A DNA stretch of 64,000 nt from NCBI GenBank assembly GCA_045593265.1, contig JAZNWH010000054.1:28832-92831 (forward strand), written 5' to 3'. Positions 49,248 through 58,549 of the stretch are shown piece after piece. The first letter of the stretch is position 1. Each line of letters begins with the position of its first letter. The notes under the pieces were generated by a model. The model was not told the DNA's origin, did not search any database, and saw only the letters and a program-made list of their open reading frames with translations. A program made the position numbers and the translations under genes. Source of the DNA: Clostridia bacterium (GTDB lineage: Bacteria > Bacillota > Clostridia > RGIG6154).

Positions 49248-50503
49248 ACACCTTGTGCCTCCAATCTTTTCACTTTGCTATCTAAATGTGCTTTCAAATC
49301 TTCGCTTTTGGTTATTGGGATAATTTCTTTATCTGTTATGAATTTGAGGATTAGTTCTGCACAATAAGCTTTTGCATATGCCAAGTCTCCTTTTAGAACA
49401 AAGACTCTGCTACCGTGTGATATTTCTGAACGTTGATTATAAGTAATCTTAAAATCTCTTTTTGTTGCTATATAAGTTTCTAAACTGTCAGAAATCATAG
49501 CCGACAAATAGTTTGTTATCATTTGGGTTAAGTCTTTTTCGTCGTATTCTATTAGAGCTTCAATAGCGGTTATATACATTACGAATTTTTGAGCATCAGA
49601 ACGTTCGTGGATAATTCTCCCATAAGTTGTGAATGCATACCTGATTCGTTCATTGACCTCATTTTTTTCTGTTGAGGATAATCTCTCGATTAACGACTTA
49701 AAAATCGGGGAAACTGTATGAACTAAATTGTATGCATCAATATTCTCGTGCCTGTAAATATCATTTTCAAACTTTTCATAATTTTGCATGTGTGACGAAA
49801 TAAAACAACGCCCAAACACAGGGTGAAAATCGTCAAATACGCAAACCGAGTAAGCGTTCCACTTGTTAATGTCAAAGAAAAATTGACAAATACCTTGAAA
49901 TACCTCAAATTTATATCTTGCCAACTCATATGCTTTTTTAACATCTGAAGTTTCAATAGCAGTAGAAATCCAAACAGGATGTTCTTTGAATTGTTGATGA
50001 TACTCCAAAAAAGTTTCTTCTGTTTCATAGCCTGTTAGTTTAAAAATATGTTCTTTATGCAGATTATAATCGTAAAGAGTAAAACAACCTATTTCCAGAG
50101 GAATATCTGTATTAACATCTACGCCATAAAGAGTGAAGAAAACATACTGTCTATCAACTTTAGCCATGTTAAGTTTATTATAAAACTTATCAAAGTTTTT
50201 TACTGTTACGCTCTCGTTCATAACTTTTAACCTTATCATAAAATGATGAAGTTTATCTGCAACATAATCAATAGAGAACTTTTCTTCGATACTCCCAGAA
50301 GAATATATCTGCCAAAAAGTATTATGATAAGAATCTGCGTAATCTTTAGATAAATGAAATGAGTAGTGTTTATTTATACGCTCGAAATAGTGAGAAAAAT
50401 GCACGCAACTATCTGGGGAACGCTTCGAGTCCACACATCCCTCATATATTTCTGCATATGAAATTAATTCATTCAGTTTCTCTATTACTTCGGTTTTTTT
50501 CAT
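49244..50503 (-). CDS. Unknown 419-aa protein with a C-terminal R-x4-H (HEPN-like) motif, embedded in the type I R-M operon
   Basis: 4-nt overlaps with both the hsdS stop and the hsdR start. The C-terminus reads ...FVMYITAIEALIE...KITYNQRSEISHGSRVF.... No P-loop is present. Confidence 0.45.
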   Translation of the reverse strand: MKKTEVIEKLNELISYAEIYEGCVDSKRSPDSCVHFSHYFERINKHYSFHLSKDYADSYHNTFWQIYSSGSIEEKFSIDYVADKLHHFMIRLKVMNESVTVKNFDKFYNKLNMAKVDRQYVFFTLYGVDVNTDIPLEIGCFTLYDYNLHKEHIFKLTGYETEETFLEYHQQFKEHPVWISTAIETSDVKKAYELARYKFEVFQGICQFFFDINKWNAYSVCVFDDFHPVFGRCFISSHMQNYEKFENDIYRHENIDAYNLVHTVSPIFKSLIERLSSTEKNEVNERIRYAFTTYGRIIHERSDAQKFVMYITAIEALIEYDEKDLTQMITNYLSAMISDSLETYIATKRDFKITYNQRSEISHGSRVFVLKGDLAYAKAYCAELILKFITDKEIIPITKSEDLKAHLDSKVKRLEAQGV

Positions 50504-51759
50504 GTGGTTAATTCCTTAAAAGATAATAGTTTGTCGCGATAGTATTCGTATTGCTTCTGTCTGGCTTCAATCTCTGCAGGTAAGCCTTCTGAAATATCAT
50601 TACAAAGCATATCAAATTTTTTTAGTGCATCAATTATACGTTGTTGTTCTTTCTTTTCTATTAAAGGCAACTTGAATTTTCTGATTTTTTCCATAGGTAT
50701 ATTTTGCATAGAAGAAGCCTGCAACAATTTAGAAATCTGCTCAGCTTTAAACTTATCTGTCAGAAAATAGTACATCATATATTCAGGAATGAATCTATCA
50801 TCTGTAATGCGAATAAGGGCAACATTAGGAGCTAAATAGTATTTGTCATCTTCGTTTATGAGAGCAACTTGTCCAACAGTTCCTACATAAGTAAAGAGCA
50901 TATCGCCGATACGTAGTTTACTTCTTGTAATCATATCAAGGTCGCTTCCGTCTATGTATTTGACATCATCTAATACAAGATGCCCATTTTTTACATTTAA
51001 CCCTCTTAATGCTATTATTTCACCTACATCAGAATACTTAACATATTTTGTAAACTCAAAGCCAGCCAACTTAGTAACAGTAGCTACTTCACCAAGCTCA
51101 ATCCAATTAACATTAGTATCTTTAACGCAAGGGAATAGGCTTGAAGAATAATACTCATATTGTGTTTTACGAGCTGTAAGCTCTGCTGTAAGCTCTGCTG
51201 TAAGCTCTGTGAAATTGTCAAGTATCTTGACAATTTCACCCTGTACCTCAATAGGAGGTATAGGAATAATGACTTTTCTCATTTCTGACATTGGAACACT
51301 TTTAACAGTTCCACCAGCAGCCTTCCTTAAGTAGCTTTCCTTAATTTCCTTTGAAGTAAGTACATACATTAGAAACTTTGACAATATTTTATTAACGTCA
51401 GGCTTAATAACATATACTCCTTCTTTTATATTCCAATTATAAGGGTCATTTTCTATCAAAGCAACTTCGCCTATTGTTCCAGTTCCTGAAAATAAAACAT
51501 CACCAATTTCAAGGTTGGAACGATTATTACACAGTTTCAATGCCTCATCATTTATTTTGTCAGTTTTCTCTGAAAAAACGATACTCATATTGTGTATTTC
51601 ACGTATTGTTACATAGTAATTTTGAGCATCCTCTGTATTTAATTTGAAGAATTGTCTTGGATTTAGTCCTGTATTAAGTGACAATATTACATCATTCAGT
51701 GGACTATACTCTACACCATTAGGGCACAGTTCTTTTATAAGTTTGTCTAATCTGCTCAT
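50500..51759 (-). CDS. hsdS: Type I R-M specificity subunit
   Basis: 419 aa. Two target-recognition domains are separated by a central helix (FTELTAELTAELTARKTQYEYY). The C-terminal conserved helix is RQKQYEYYRDKLL. Confidence 0.9.
   Translation of the reverse strand: MSRLDKLIKELCPNGVEYSPLNDVILSLNTGLNPRQFFKLNTEDAQNYYVTIREIHNMSIVFSEKTDKINDEALKLCNNRSNLEIGDVLFSGTGTIGEVALIENDPYNWNIKEGVYVIKPDVNKILSKFLMYVLTSKEIKESYLRKAAGGTVKSVPMSEMRKVIIPIPPIEVQGEIVKILDNFTELTAELTAELTARKTQYEYYSSSLFPCVKDTNVNWIELGEVATVTKLAGFEFTKYVKYSDVGEIIALRGLNVKNGHLVLDDVKYIDGSDLDMITRSKLRIGDMLFTYVGTVGQVALINEDDKYYLAPNVALIRITDDRFIPEYMMYYFLTDKFKAEQISKLLQASSMQNIPMEKIRKFKLPLIEKKEQQRIIDALKKFDMLCNDISEGLPAEIEARQKQYEYYRDKLLSFKELTT
51173..51208. 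repeat. Three perfect tandem copies of a 12-bp unit in the hsdS central conserved region
   Basis: gctgtaagctct x3, encoding the (T)ELTA-ELTA-ELTA / TAEL repeat. Confidence 0.9.
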
Positions 51760-53321
51760 TACTGCACCTCAATTTCTGCTATTATATCATCAATAGCGGC
51801 TCTCAAGGTCGCTTGACGAGCGACAATTTCTTTTATTTCTGCATTTAATTTTACTATATCAACCTTTTCTCTTGTGTCCTTCTGCTCAACATAGGTAGAT
51901 ACAGACAGATTATAATCCTGTTCTGCAATTTCATCAAAAGCAGCAAGATGAGAAAAGTGTTCTACTTCTTCACGACTTTCAAATACCCCTACAATTTTAG
52001 AGATATTTTCATCGGTAAGCATATTATTATTCGTAACCTTTACAAACTCATTAGAAGCATCTATAAATAAGGTTTTATTATCTGCCTTCGACTTCTTCAA
52101 TACCATAATACAGGTAGCAATAGAAGTACCAAAGAAAAGGTTTGAAGGTAACTGAATAACACAATCAACATAGTTATTATCTACCAGATACTGCCTTATC
52201 TTTTTCTCCGCACCGCCTCTGTACATAATACCAGGGAAGCAAACAATAGATGCTGTTCCATTGGTGGCAAGCCAAGCAAGTGAGTGCATAATGAATGCCA
52301 AGTCCGCTTTAGATTTCGGAGCCAGAACACCCGCAGGAGAAAATCGGGGGTCATTGATTAAAACAGGGTTATCATCGCCCTCCCATTTGATAGAGTAAGG
52401 AGGATTTGATACGATAACCTCGAATGGCTCATCGTCCCAATGCTGAGGGCTTATAAGAGTATCCTCGTTTGCTATATTAAATTTATCATAAGCAATATCA
52501 TGCAAGAACATATTTATTCTGCAAAGATTATATGTAGTAGGATTTATTTCCTGACCATAATACCCCTGACGAACATTATCCTTACCTAATATAGTTTCTG
52601 CTTTAAGAAGCAGAGAGCCAGAGCCACACGCAGGGTCATAAACCTTATTTACTTCTGTTTTACCCACTACAGCAAGACGAGTCAAAAGCTCGGACACTTC
52701 CTGCGGAGTGAAGAACTCACCGCCAGACTTACCAGCATTTGAGGCATACATACCCATTAAATACTCATAAGCATCACCAAATACATCAATAGAATGGTCT
52801 TTATAATCCCCAAGTTCCATATTGCCCACACCATCAAGGAGTTTTACAAGTTTATCATTTCTCTTTGCAACTGTGGCGCCCAATTTATTACTATTAACAT
52901 CATAGTCATCAAACAGGCCTTTGAAGTCATCTTCACTTATACTGCCTTGCGCCGATTCTTCTATATGCCTGAACACCTTTTCTAAAGTTTCATTAAGATT
53001 ATCATCCGAAGGAGCCTTCGTTCTTACATTACAGAATAGTTCAGAGGGAAGAATGAAAAATCCCTTTTCTTCTACAAGGCTATCCCTTGCCGATTCCGCA
53101 TCACTATCAGGCATCTTTGCATAATCAAAATCAGCATTACCCGCAGCCTGCTCACCTTCGTTAATATAGTTAGTCAAATTTTCTGATATATAACGATAGA
53201 ACATCGTACCCAGAACATACTGTTTAAAATCCCAACCATCAACAGAGCCACGCAAGTCATCTGCAATAGCCCATATTGCTTTATGTAATTCTTCTCTTTG
53301 TTTATTATTTATTACAGCCAT
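51759..53321 (-). CDS. hsdM: Type I R-M N6-adenine DNA methyltransferase subunit
   Basis: 520 aa. Has the HsdM N-domain ([14 protein letters not shown]), the SAM motif (DPACGSGS) and the catalytic motif (VSNPPYS). Confidence 0.95.
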   Translation of the reverse strand: MAVINNKQREELHKAIWAIADDLRGSVDGWDFKQYVLGTMFYRYISENLTNYINEGEQAAGNADFDYAKMPDSDAESARDSLVEEKGFFILPSELFCNVRTKAPSDDNLNETLEKVFRHIEESAQGSISEDDFKGLFDDYDVNSNKLGATVAKRNDKLVKLLDGVGNMELGDYKDHSIDVFGDAYEYLMGMYASNAGKSGGEFFTPQEVSELLTRLAVVGKTEVNKVYDPACGSGSLLLKAETILGKDNVRQGYYGQEINPTTYNLCRINMFLHDIAYDKFNIANEDTLISPQHWDDEPFEVIVSNPPYSIKWEGDDNPVLINDPRFSPAGVLAPKSKADLAFIMHSLAWLATNGTASIVCFPGIMYRGGAEKKIRQYLVDNNYVDCVIQLPSNLFFGTSIATCIMVLKKSKADNKTLFIDASNEFVKVTNNNMLTDENISKIVGVFESREEVEHFSHLAAFDEIAEQDYNLSVSTYVEQKDTREKVDIVKLNAEIKEIVARQATLRAAIDDIIAEIEVQ

Positions 53322-53386
53322 CTTAATCCTCCAAACTGTTCTTTTGCTATATTATATCATACAGGAGTGTCCAGAAAACAGGACAC

Positions 53387-53617
53387 CTATTCTATAACTT
53401 CCACGTCAACTATTTCTGCAATATCATCAAAAGTGCAATCAAGCGCAACACAAACTTTTACCAATACATCCATAGTTACATTTTCATCCCTTGTAAGACG
53501 CCCGATGTTATACCCGCTAATCTGTGCTTTCTCCTTTAACTGAACTTTTTTCATTCCTTTATCTATCAGGAGTTTCCATAGCCTTTTATAACTGACTTTT
53601 TGCATTTTTTCCATCAA
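53387..53617 (-). CDS. Small XRE/Cro-type HTH protein upstream of hsdM
   Basis: 76 aa. LIDKGMKKVQLKEKAQISGYNIGRLTRDENVTMDVLVKVCVALDCTFDDI. Confidence 0.7.
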   Translation of the reverse strand: MMEKMQKVSYKRLWKLLIDKGMKKVQLKEKAQISGYNIGRLTRDENVTMDVLVKVCVALDCTFDDIAEIVDVEVIE

Positions 53618-53830
53618 TAGTCACCTCAAGAATACAAAATATAATAATATTCTATCATAAAATATATAATTTTTCAAGCTTTACACCGAAAATATCTACA
53701 CTTTTTATCATATTTTTTATTTCGGAGCATTTCTGGCTACTTTGTAAGCCTTTTAATTACTTCGCAACAAATTACCCCAACTATTTATTAAAAAGCATTT
53801 GTGGCTATTTTTGAGCCTTTTGTAAACGCT

Positions 53831-55000
53831 TTAAGGATGACAATTCCCGCAACTGTCATACCCGCTATTGACCGCATCCGCTCTGGAACTGAAATACACC
53901 CTGTTTTTTTCTATAGGCAAAGAGTGACAAGTAGGCTTGTGGAACTTCTTGGAATTCTTATTGCCAATATATGTTCCCGTGCTTTCTGTTCCTTTAAATA
54001 CATTTTCATGCTCATATGATGTTGGGTTAGTTTCTATATTTTCATTTCTTGCAGTAGTAACAGTAATATCCTTGCCATTGCTTTCAACTATAATATCACC
54101 CTGCAGGTCTGTTCTATAAACCTTCGCACCCGCATCTCTGAATCTGCTCAAAGCATCCTCGTCAGGATGCCCATATTGATTACCCTTACCAACAGAAATA
54201 ACCACATATTCAGGCATGACCTCTCTTAAGAATTGATATGAGGATGAAGTATCGGAGCCATGATGACCTGCTTTTAAAACAGTAGCAGACAAATCATACC
54301 CCTGACTCAAGATGTCGTGTTCTTCTGAATACTCTGCATCGCCTGTAAACAGGAATGATGTATCTCCGCACACCACCTTAGTTATGATTGAGGTATTGTT
54401 CAAATCATCTTCATTTTCATAGGTGGGGCAATACAACTCTACAGAGCAACTACCCAGATTAAAAGAAGTACCAGAATCAGGATGGGCTATACTTTTACCC
54501 GCTGAAGCCACCTTGCTTTTAAAAGATTGATAAAACTTTGCATCATTTTCTGTTCTTGGCGCATATATTACCCCTACTGAAGCCTTTTGTAAAGCACCAG
54601 ACAAGCCTCCCATATGGTCTTCGTGAGCATGAGTTCCCACAATATAGTCAAGATGAGAAATCCCCAGCCTATCGAGATAGGAATATATCCTACTACTATC
54701 CTCAACATTACCGCCATCAATAAGCATAGCACTATCACCGCTAATCAGGAGTGCAGCATCCGCCTGACCTACATCAATAAAGTGTACTTTAAGACCATGT
54801 TGTATTACCTGTGTGGTGGTATCTTCTGACTCTTTCTCTGACTCAGTACCCGATTCAACAGGTTTCTGCGACTCTGTTACCTCTGTTTGTGTTCTTTTGG
54901 TAATAGTGGTGGTATCAGTTGAGGTCTGAGAGCCGCAAGCACTCAAAATACCCACAACCATTAGTAAAGACAGCAATACACCTAAAAATTTTCTATTCAT
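53831..55000 (-). CDS. Secreted lipoprotein: MBL-fold hydrolase (ComEC C-domain-like) with a C-terminal Ada-like Cys4 zinc module
   Basis: Has a lipobox (LSAC), an MBL domain (VHFIDVGQADAALL...GTHAHEDHMGG...GHHGS) and a tail reading KFHKPTCHSLP...GYDSCGNCHP. Confidence 0.7.
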   Translation of the reverse strand: MNRKFLGVLLSLLMVVGILSACGSQTSTDTTTITKRTQTEVTESQKPVESGTESEKESEDTTTQVIQHGLKVHFIDVGQADAALLISGDSAMLIDGGNVEDSSRIYSYLDRLGISHLDYIVGTHAHEDHMGGLSGALQKASVGVIYAPRTENDAKFYQSFKSKVASAGKSIAHPDSGTSFNLGSCSVELYCPTYENEDDLNNTSIITKVVCGDTSFLFTGDAEYSEEHDILSQGYDLSATVLKAGHHGSDTSSSYQFLREVMPEYVVISVGKGNQYGHPDEDALSRFRDAGAKVYRTDLQGDIIVESNGKDITVTTARNENIETNPTSYEHENVFKGTESTGTYIGNKNSKKFHKPTCHSLPIEKNRVYFSSRADAVNSGYDSCGNCHP

Positions 55001-55122
55001 AAAGACATTATCCTTTCTTTGTGTATAGTCTAACAGACTATATTATATCATAAATCCCTACTGTCTGTAAATAATATTTATGGTCTGTGAGTGTATAATA
55101 TAGGTGAAAGTAGGTGTTATAA

Positions 55123-55431
55123 ATGGATACAGAATTCTTAAAGAATCGATTGGCTTTATTAAGAACAGCGAAAGAAATCTCCGCAAGAGAATTAAGTCTT
55201 AGGTTAGGTCAATCTGAAGGATATATAAACCAAATCGAATCAGGCAAATCAAAGCCATCAATAGAAATGATGTTCTACATCTGTGAAGAATTAGGTGTGA
55301 CTATGTCGGAGTTCTTCGATGATTCCAAAGAATATCCCGCATTGATTAACACGCTTATTAGCGAGGCGAAAACACTTGATAAGAAATCTCTTGAAAGTGT
55401 TATTGAAGTCATAAGAAATATGCGCAAATAA
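55123..55431 (+). CDS. XRE-family HTH regulator
   Basis: 102 aa. LRTAKEISARELSLRLGQSEGYINQIESGKSKPSIEMMFYICEELG. Confidence 0.8.
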   Translation: MDTEFLKNRLALLRTAKEISARELSLRLGQSEGYINQIESGKSKPSIEMMFYICEELGVTMSEFFDDSKEYPALINTLISEAKTLDKKSLESVIEVIRNMRK

Positions 55432-55929
55432 CCACAAAGGCAGACAGGTACAACTGTTTGTCTTTATTTTTACCCATTTATAGCCTATAACATTTCCAAA
55501 GTTCAACATCAACAGTTCAACATCTTCAAGTTCTATATTTTATATCCAGAACAAAATCAAAAATCCAAGTTCACTTTATTATATTTTTTTCAGGTTCAGG
55601 TTTTTCATAATTTATGATGGCATTATCAACTATTTAATCAAGATATGCACACATATAAAAATTATCCGATAAAATTGAAAAGTTCATCAGGACACATTAT
55701 TTCAACCTCACAACATAGACCTGATTAATGCGACAAAAAACATAGCAAAAATGACACCGTTCTCCAATAGTTTAAGTATATAATGAATAACACCCCAAAT
55801 AGCACATCGCCACCAAAACAAGCAATTTGAAGCAAAACACAAATATTTTTAGGAGTTAAGAAAATAAGTTCCTATAAACCTTAACATATAAATTCTTAAC
55901 AACCAAATTTTTAAACCCATTCTGAGAGA

Positions 55930-55961
55930 AAACCACTACCGCAAAAGAGCAGTAGTGGTTT
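55930..55961 (-). terminator. Terminator of the amidoligase operon
   Basis: Minus strand: aaaccactac-tgctcttttgcg-gtagtggttt plus tctctc, about 50 nt after the stop at 56011. Confidence 0.6.
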
Positions 55962-56010
55962 CCCTTTGTGAGATGATTAAAATGAAAAGTTTTTATATGA
56001 ATAAGCCTAC

Positions 56011-56583
56011 TCAATCAACATAATTAAACATTTTTTTGAGTTTAAGGCTTAGGTCCATATCTGAATCCGAAGGCGATTGTAAAAGATGCCCTACAAACGC
56101 CAACTTATTTTTATCCAAAGACTTTAACCTTCTTTCAAAAGTAGGATAACTATACGTCTTTAAAAATTTTATTTCAGGTACACAATCCTGAATATCAAAT
56201 CGCCTGTACTGGTAAGAAGGAATTGCATTATCTGCTTGTGAAAACAAGAGGTCTTCTGGATAGGATAGAGCAAAATCTATTATTTCTGCAGCAAGTTCAT
56301 CACCATTTCTGATTCGGTCTAAAATTGTGCTTCCGAGCAATTCCTTTAGTTTACAGTTTGCATACCAAATTGAAGTGGTAAGCGGCTCGGTATCAGTATC
56401 CCCGAGTTGTTCTACTGTAGATTTATTATCGCAATCACATTCGATATAAGAAACTACCCGCTTTATAGTATCTGCATGACATAGATAGGAACACTCCTTA
56501 ACAAACTTCTTTAATTTTAAAATGAGTTCATTACCCGATTCATCCCGCATAATTTGCTTAATCAGATTACTCATGCTCATCAT
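56011..56583 (-). CDS. Hypothetical protein, fifth gene of the amidoligase operon
   Basis: 190 aa. Overlaps the upstream gene by 17 nt. No motif recognised. Confidence 0.45.
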   Translation of the reverse strand: MMSMSNLIKQIMRDESGNELILKLKKFVKECSYLCHADTIKRVVSYIECDCDNKSTVEQLGDTDTEPLTTSIWYANCKLKELLGSTILDRIRNGDELAAEIIDFALSYPEDLLFSQADNAIPSYQYRRFDIQDCVPEIKFLKTYSYPTFERRLKSLDKNKLAFVGHLLQSPSDSDMDLSLKLKKMFNYVD

Positions 56584-57076
56584 CCTCTCCGAAAAGTTTA
56601 TTTACAAGTTCACAATTTTTAAAGGAATAGCCAACAGCATCATCTGTAACAACGAAGTTTTCACCTAGAACATTAACTGTATTCCATACCTTACCATCTT
56701 CTTTGCTTATATTTTGCAAACGAATTGAAAAAGCCATTTTACCACCTTTCATAGACCTGTCAGTTATAACTGTATATACTGGACTATGAGAAGTAAAACG
56801 AATATCAGATAATACTATGTTAAAATAAGTTCCCGTATCACTATATAACAGCGGTAATTGCTTTAACTCTTCCTCTAAATCATTAACATCTATATAAAAA
56901 GGGACACACAATGAGGCCTTTAGTCTACGACTACGAGCATCAATATATAAAAAGTACTTATCTAAATACTCACTAAGGGGCATTTCTGCATACATAGAAG
57001 GACACTCAAGACCATACAGTATGACAGACATTAACCGATTAAATAATTCCTTCGCCAATTCTTCTTTCAGCCACAT
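56567..57076 (-). CDS. Hypothetical protein, fourth gene of the operon
   Basis: The start at MWLKEELAKE has the RBS aaaggggg. It lies 1 nt after the upstream stop. No motif recognised. Confidence 0.45.
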   Translation of the reverse strand: MWLKEELAKELFNRLMSVILYGLECPSMYAEMPLSEYLDKYFLYIDARSRRLKASLCVPFYIDVNDLEEELKQLPLLYSDTGTYFNIVLSDIRFTSHSPVYTVITDRSMKGGKMAFSIRLQNISKEDGKVWNTVNVLGENFVVTDDAVGYSFKNCELVNKLFGEDDEHE

Positions 57077-57077
57077 A

Positions 57078-57938
57078 TTATTTACCCCCTTTGCACTCTT
57101 TAATAGTAAAAACATCAAGAGAGTTGAGCATTACAATTTCTTTTGATTCCACATCCCTTAAAGGAAAGACGCAAGCATCCAACACATTATATTCCATAGC
57201 CTTATCATAGTCTGAGCCATACTTAAGTGTTCCTTTAATAGTTTTCCTGATTCCGTTAATCCTGCAATCAATCTCACAAACCCCAGACTTAAGCCTTTTC
57301 ATTATACTTTCTGTTCTTTTCCAGGCTAAGGTATAAGGTAGTACAGTAGTCTTTTTACTGTTGGGGTGGAGCTTACAGGAGGTAAGGTGGAACTTACCGC
57401 CAGATTTATCCTTGTCCTCAAACTTAATTACTTCAAATGCGCCATCTTCAAGCTCTTTTTTTGTAATTATACGCTTTGACTCTATGGTATTCATACGATT
57501 ATCGCTAATTCTGTTCATAGAGCAAAAGCGAAGCATGTAATTTAAGCAGCATGGGTTTTTAGTGGCAAGATAAGAAGTTCTGCCACGCCCATCCTTCGCC
57601 TCTACCGATACATACGCAAGACCTGTCAAGAGATACAATGTTGCAAGTAAACGCTTATTATTACGCCAAAAATTCTGTTCTAATGAGCCACCTGTTTCAA
57701 TGATATCCGATTGAATTGCTTGAGCAATTTTATCCCTTGCCTCTCTGTCAGAGAAGGCGGTATTGACATCCTCAAAGCCATACAGCCCTTTTTCAATATT
57801 GCCTGTTATATCAACCATTAAGCCCTTTTCCTGCTGATACTTATTGATAAGTCTGTTGAGGCTATTGCTAACCATAAGAGGCATTTCCGCAAGTTCAACG
57901 CCACAGGTTTTCGCATCTTTTATTTCAAAAATTGCCAT
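57078..57938 (-). CDS. Hypothetical protein, third gene of the operon
   Basis: About 286 aa. The start at MAIFEIKDAK has the RBS gaagggg. No motif recognised. Confidence 0.45.
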   Translation of the reverse strand: MAIFEIKDAKTCGVELAEMPLMVSNSLNRLINKYQQEKGLMVDITGNIEKGLYGFEDVNTAFSDREARDKIAQAIQSDIIETGGSLEQNFWRNNKRLLATLYLLTGLAYVSVEAKDGRGRTSYLATKNPCCLNYMLRFCSMNRISDNRMNTIESKRIITKKELEDGAFEVIKFEDKDKSGGKFHLTSCKLHPNSKKTTVLPYTLAWKRTESIMKRLKSGVCEIDCRINGIRKTIKGTLKYGSDYDKAMEYNVLDACVFPLRDVESKEIVMLNSLDVFTIKECKGGK

Positions 57939-58017
57939 ATAAAACACACCCCTTCAATCATCTACTCAATATATGAAAAGGTGTGCTTTTGAATAGTATT
58001 CATCTGAAAAATTAATG

Positions 58018-58533
58018 TTATCTGCGCCAAAATTCCTCGTATCCGCGTTTAGGCTTTGGCATTCTTGTGATTGTTTTTTGCAAAGCCTCCTGAAGATACC
58101 TTGCATCAAGTCCGCAATCACGATACCCACGCAGACAAACATCATAGTAATGACCCGAAGGCCTGCCAAGTTCGCCATTATACTTGTTCATTACATAAAC
58201 AAATAACTCTTTACAGTCCGATAAATCGCCCTGTGAAATAATAAGCTCTTTGGGATTCACCTTTGCTATCCTATAGTGAGTTGGGTAGCCCTCATATCTG
58301 TCCAGAGCCATCTTGCAACGCTCGGTAATTTTGAAAATACCCACAGGAACACGACTATTTGCACATTTTTCAATAGTGCAGAAACAGTTACCATCATGCC
58401 CCCGAAAGAGAAGTTCATACCCCTTTAGAAAGCCTGTTGCTATAAGTTGAGCATTCGGACAACGCATCTGAAGTTGTCGACTATTCAAGTTAGAACCATA
58501 GCCTACGTAATAATAAATCTTTCGTGCATTCAT
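58018..58533 (-). CDS. Gamma-glutamylcyclotransferase (AIG2/GGCT-like) family protein
   Basis: KIYYYVGYGSNLNSRQLQMRCPNAQLIATGFLKGYELLF is the YGSN...RCP signature. The start at MNARK has the RBS aaggagg. Confidence 0.7.
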   Translation of the reverse strand: MNARKIYYYVGYGSNLNSRQLQMRCPNAQLIATGFLKGYELLFRGHDGNCFCTIEKCANSRVPVGIFKITERCKMALDRYEGYPTHYRIAKVNPKELIISQGDLSDCKELFVYVMNKYNGELGRPSGHYYDVCLRGYRDCGLDARYLQEALQKTITRMPKPKRGYEEFWRR

Positions 58534-58549
58534 AATAAAATATTCCTCC

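Noticed and set aside
49244-50503. Calling the embedded R-M gene PrrC or RloC (an anticodon nuclease).
   Set aside because: No Walker A/B NTPase motifs appear anywhere in the 419 aa. Only the genomic position and an R-x4-H motif are shared, so I kept it as an unknown HEPN-like candidate.
56011-57938. Looked for the Ntn (GAT-II) amidotransferase that usually accompanies the amidoligase plus GGCT pair.
   Set aside because: None of the three downstream proteins begins with Met-Cys or shows a glutaminase-like motif, so no GAT-II call was made.
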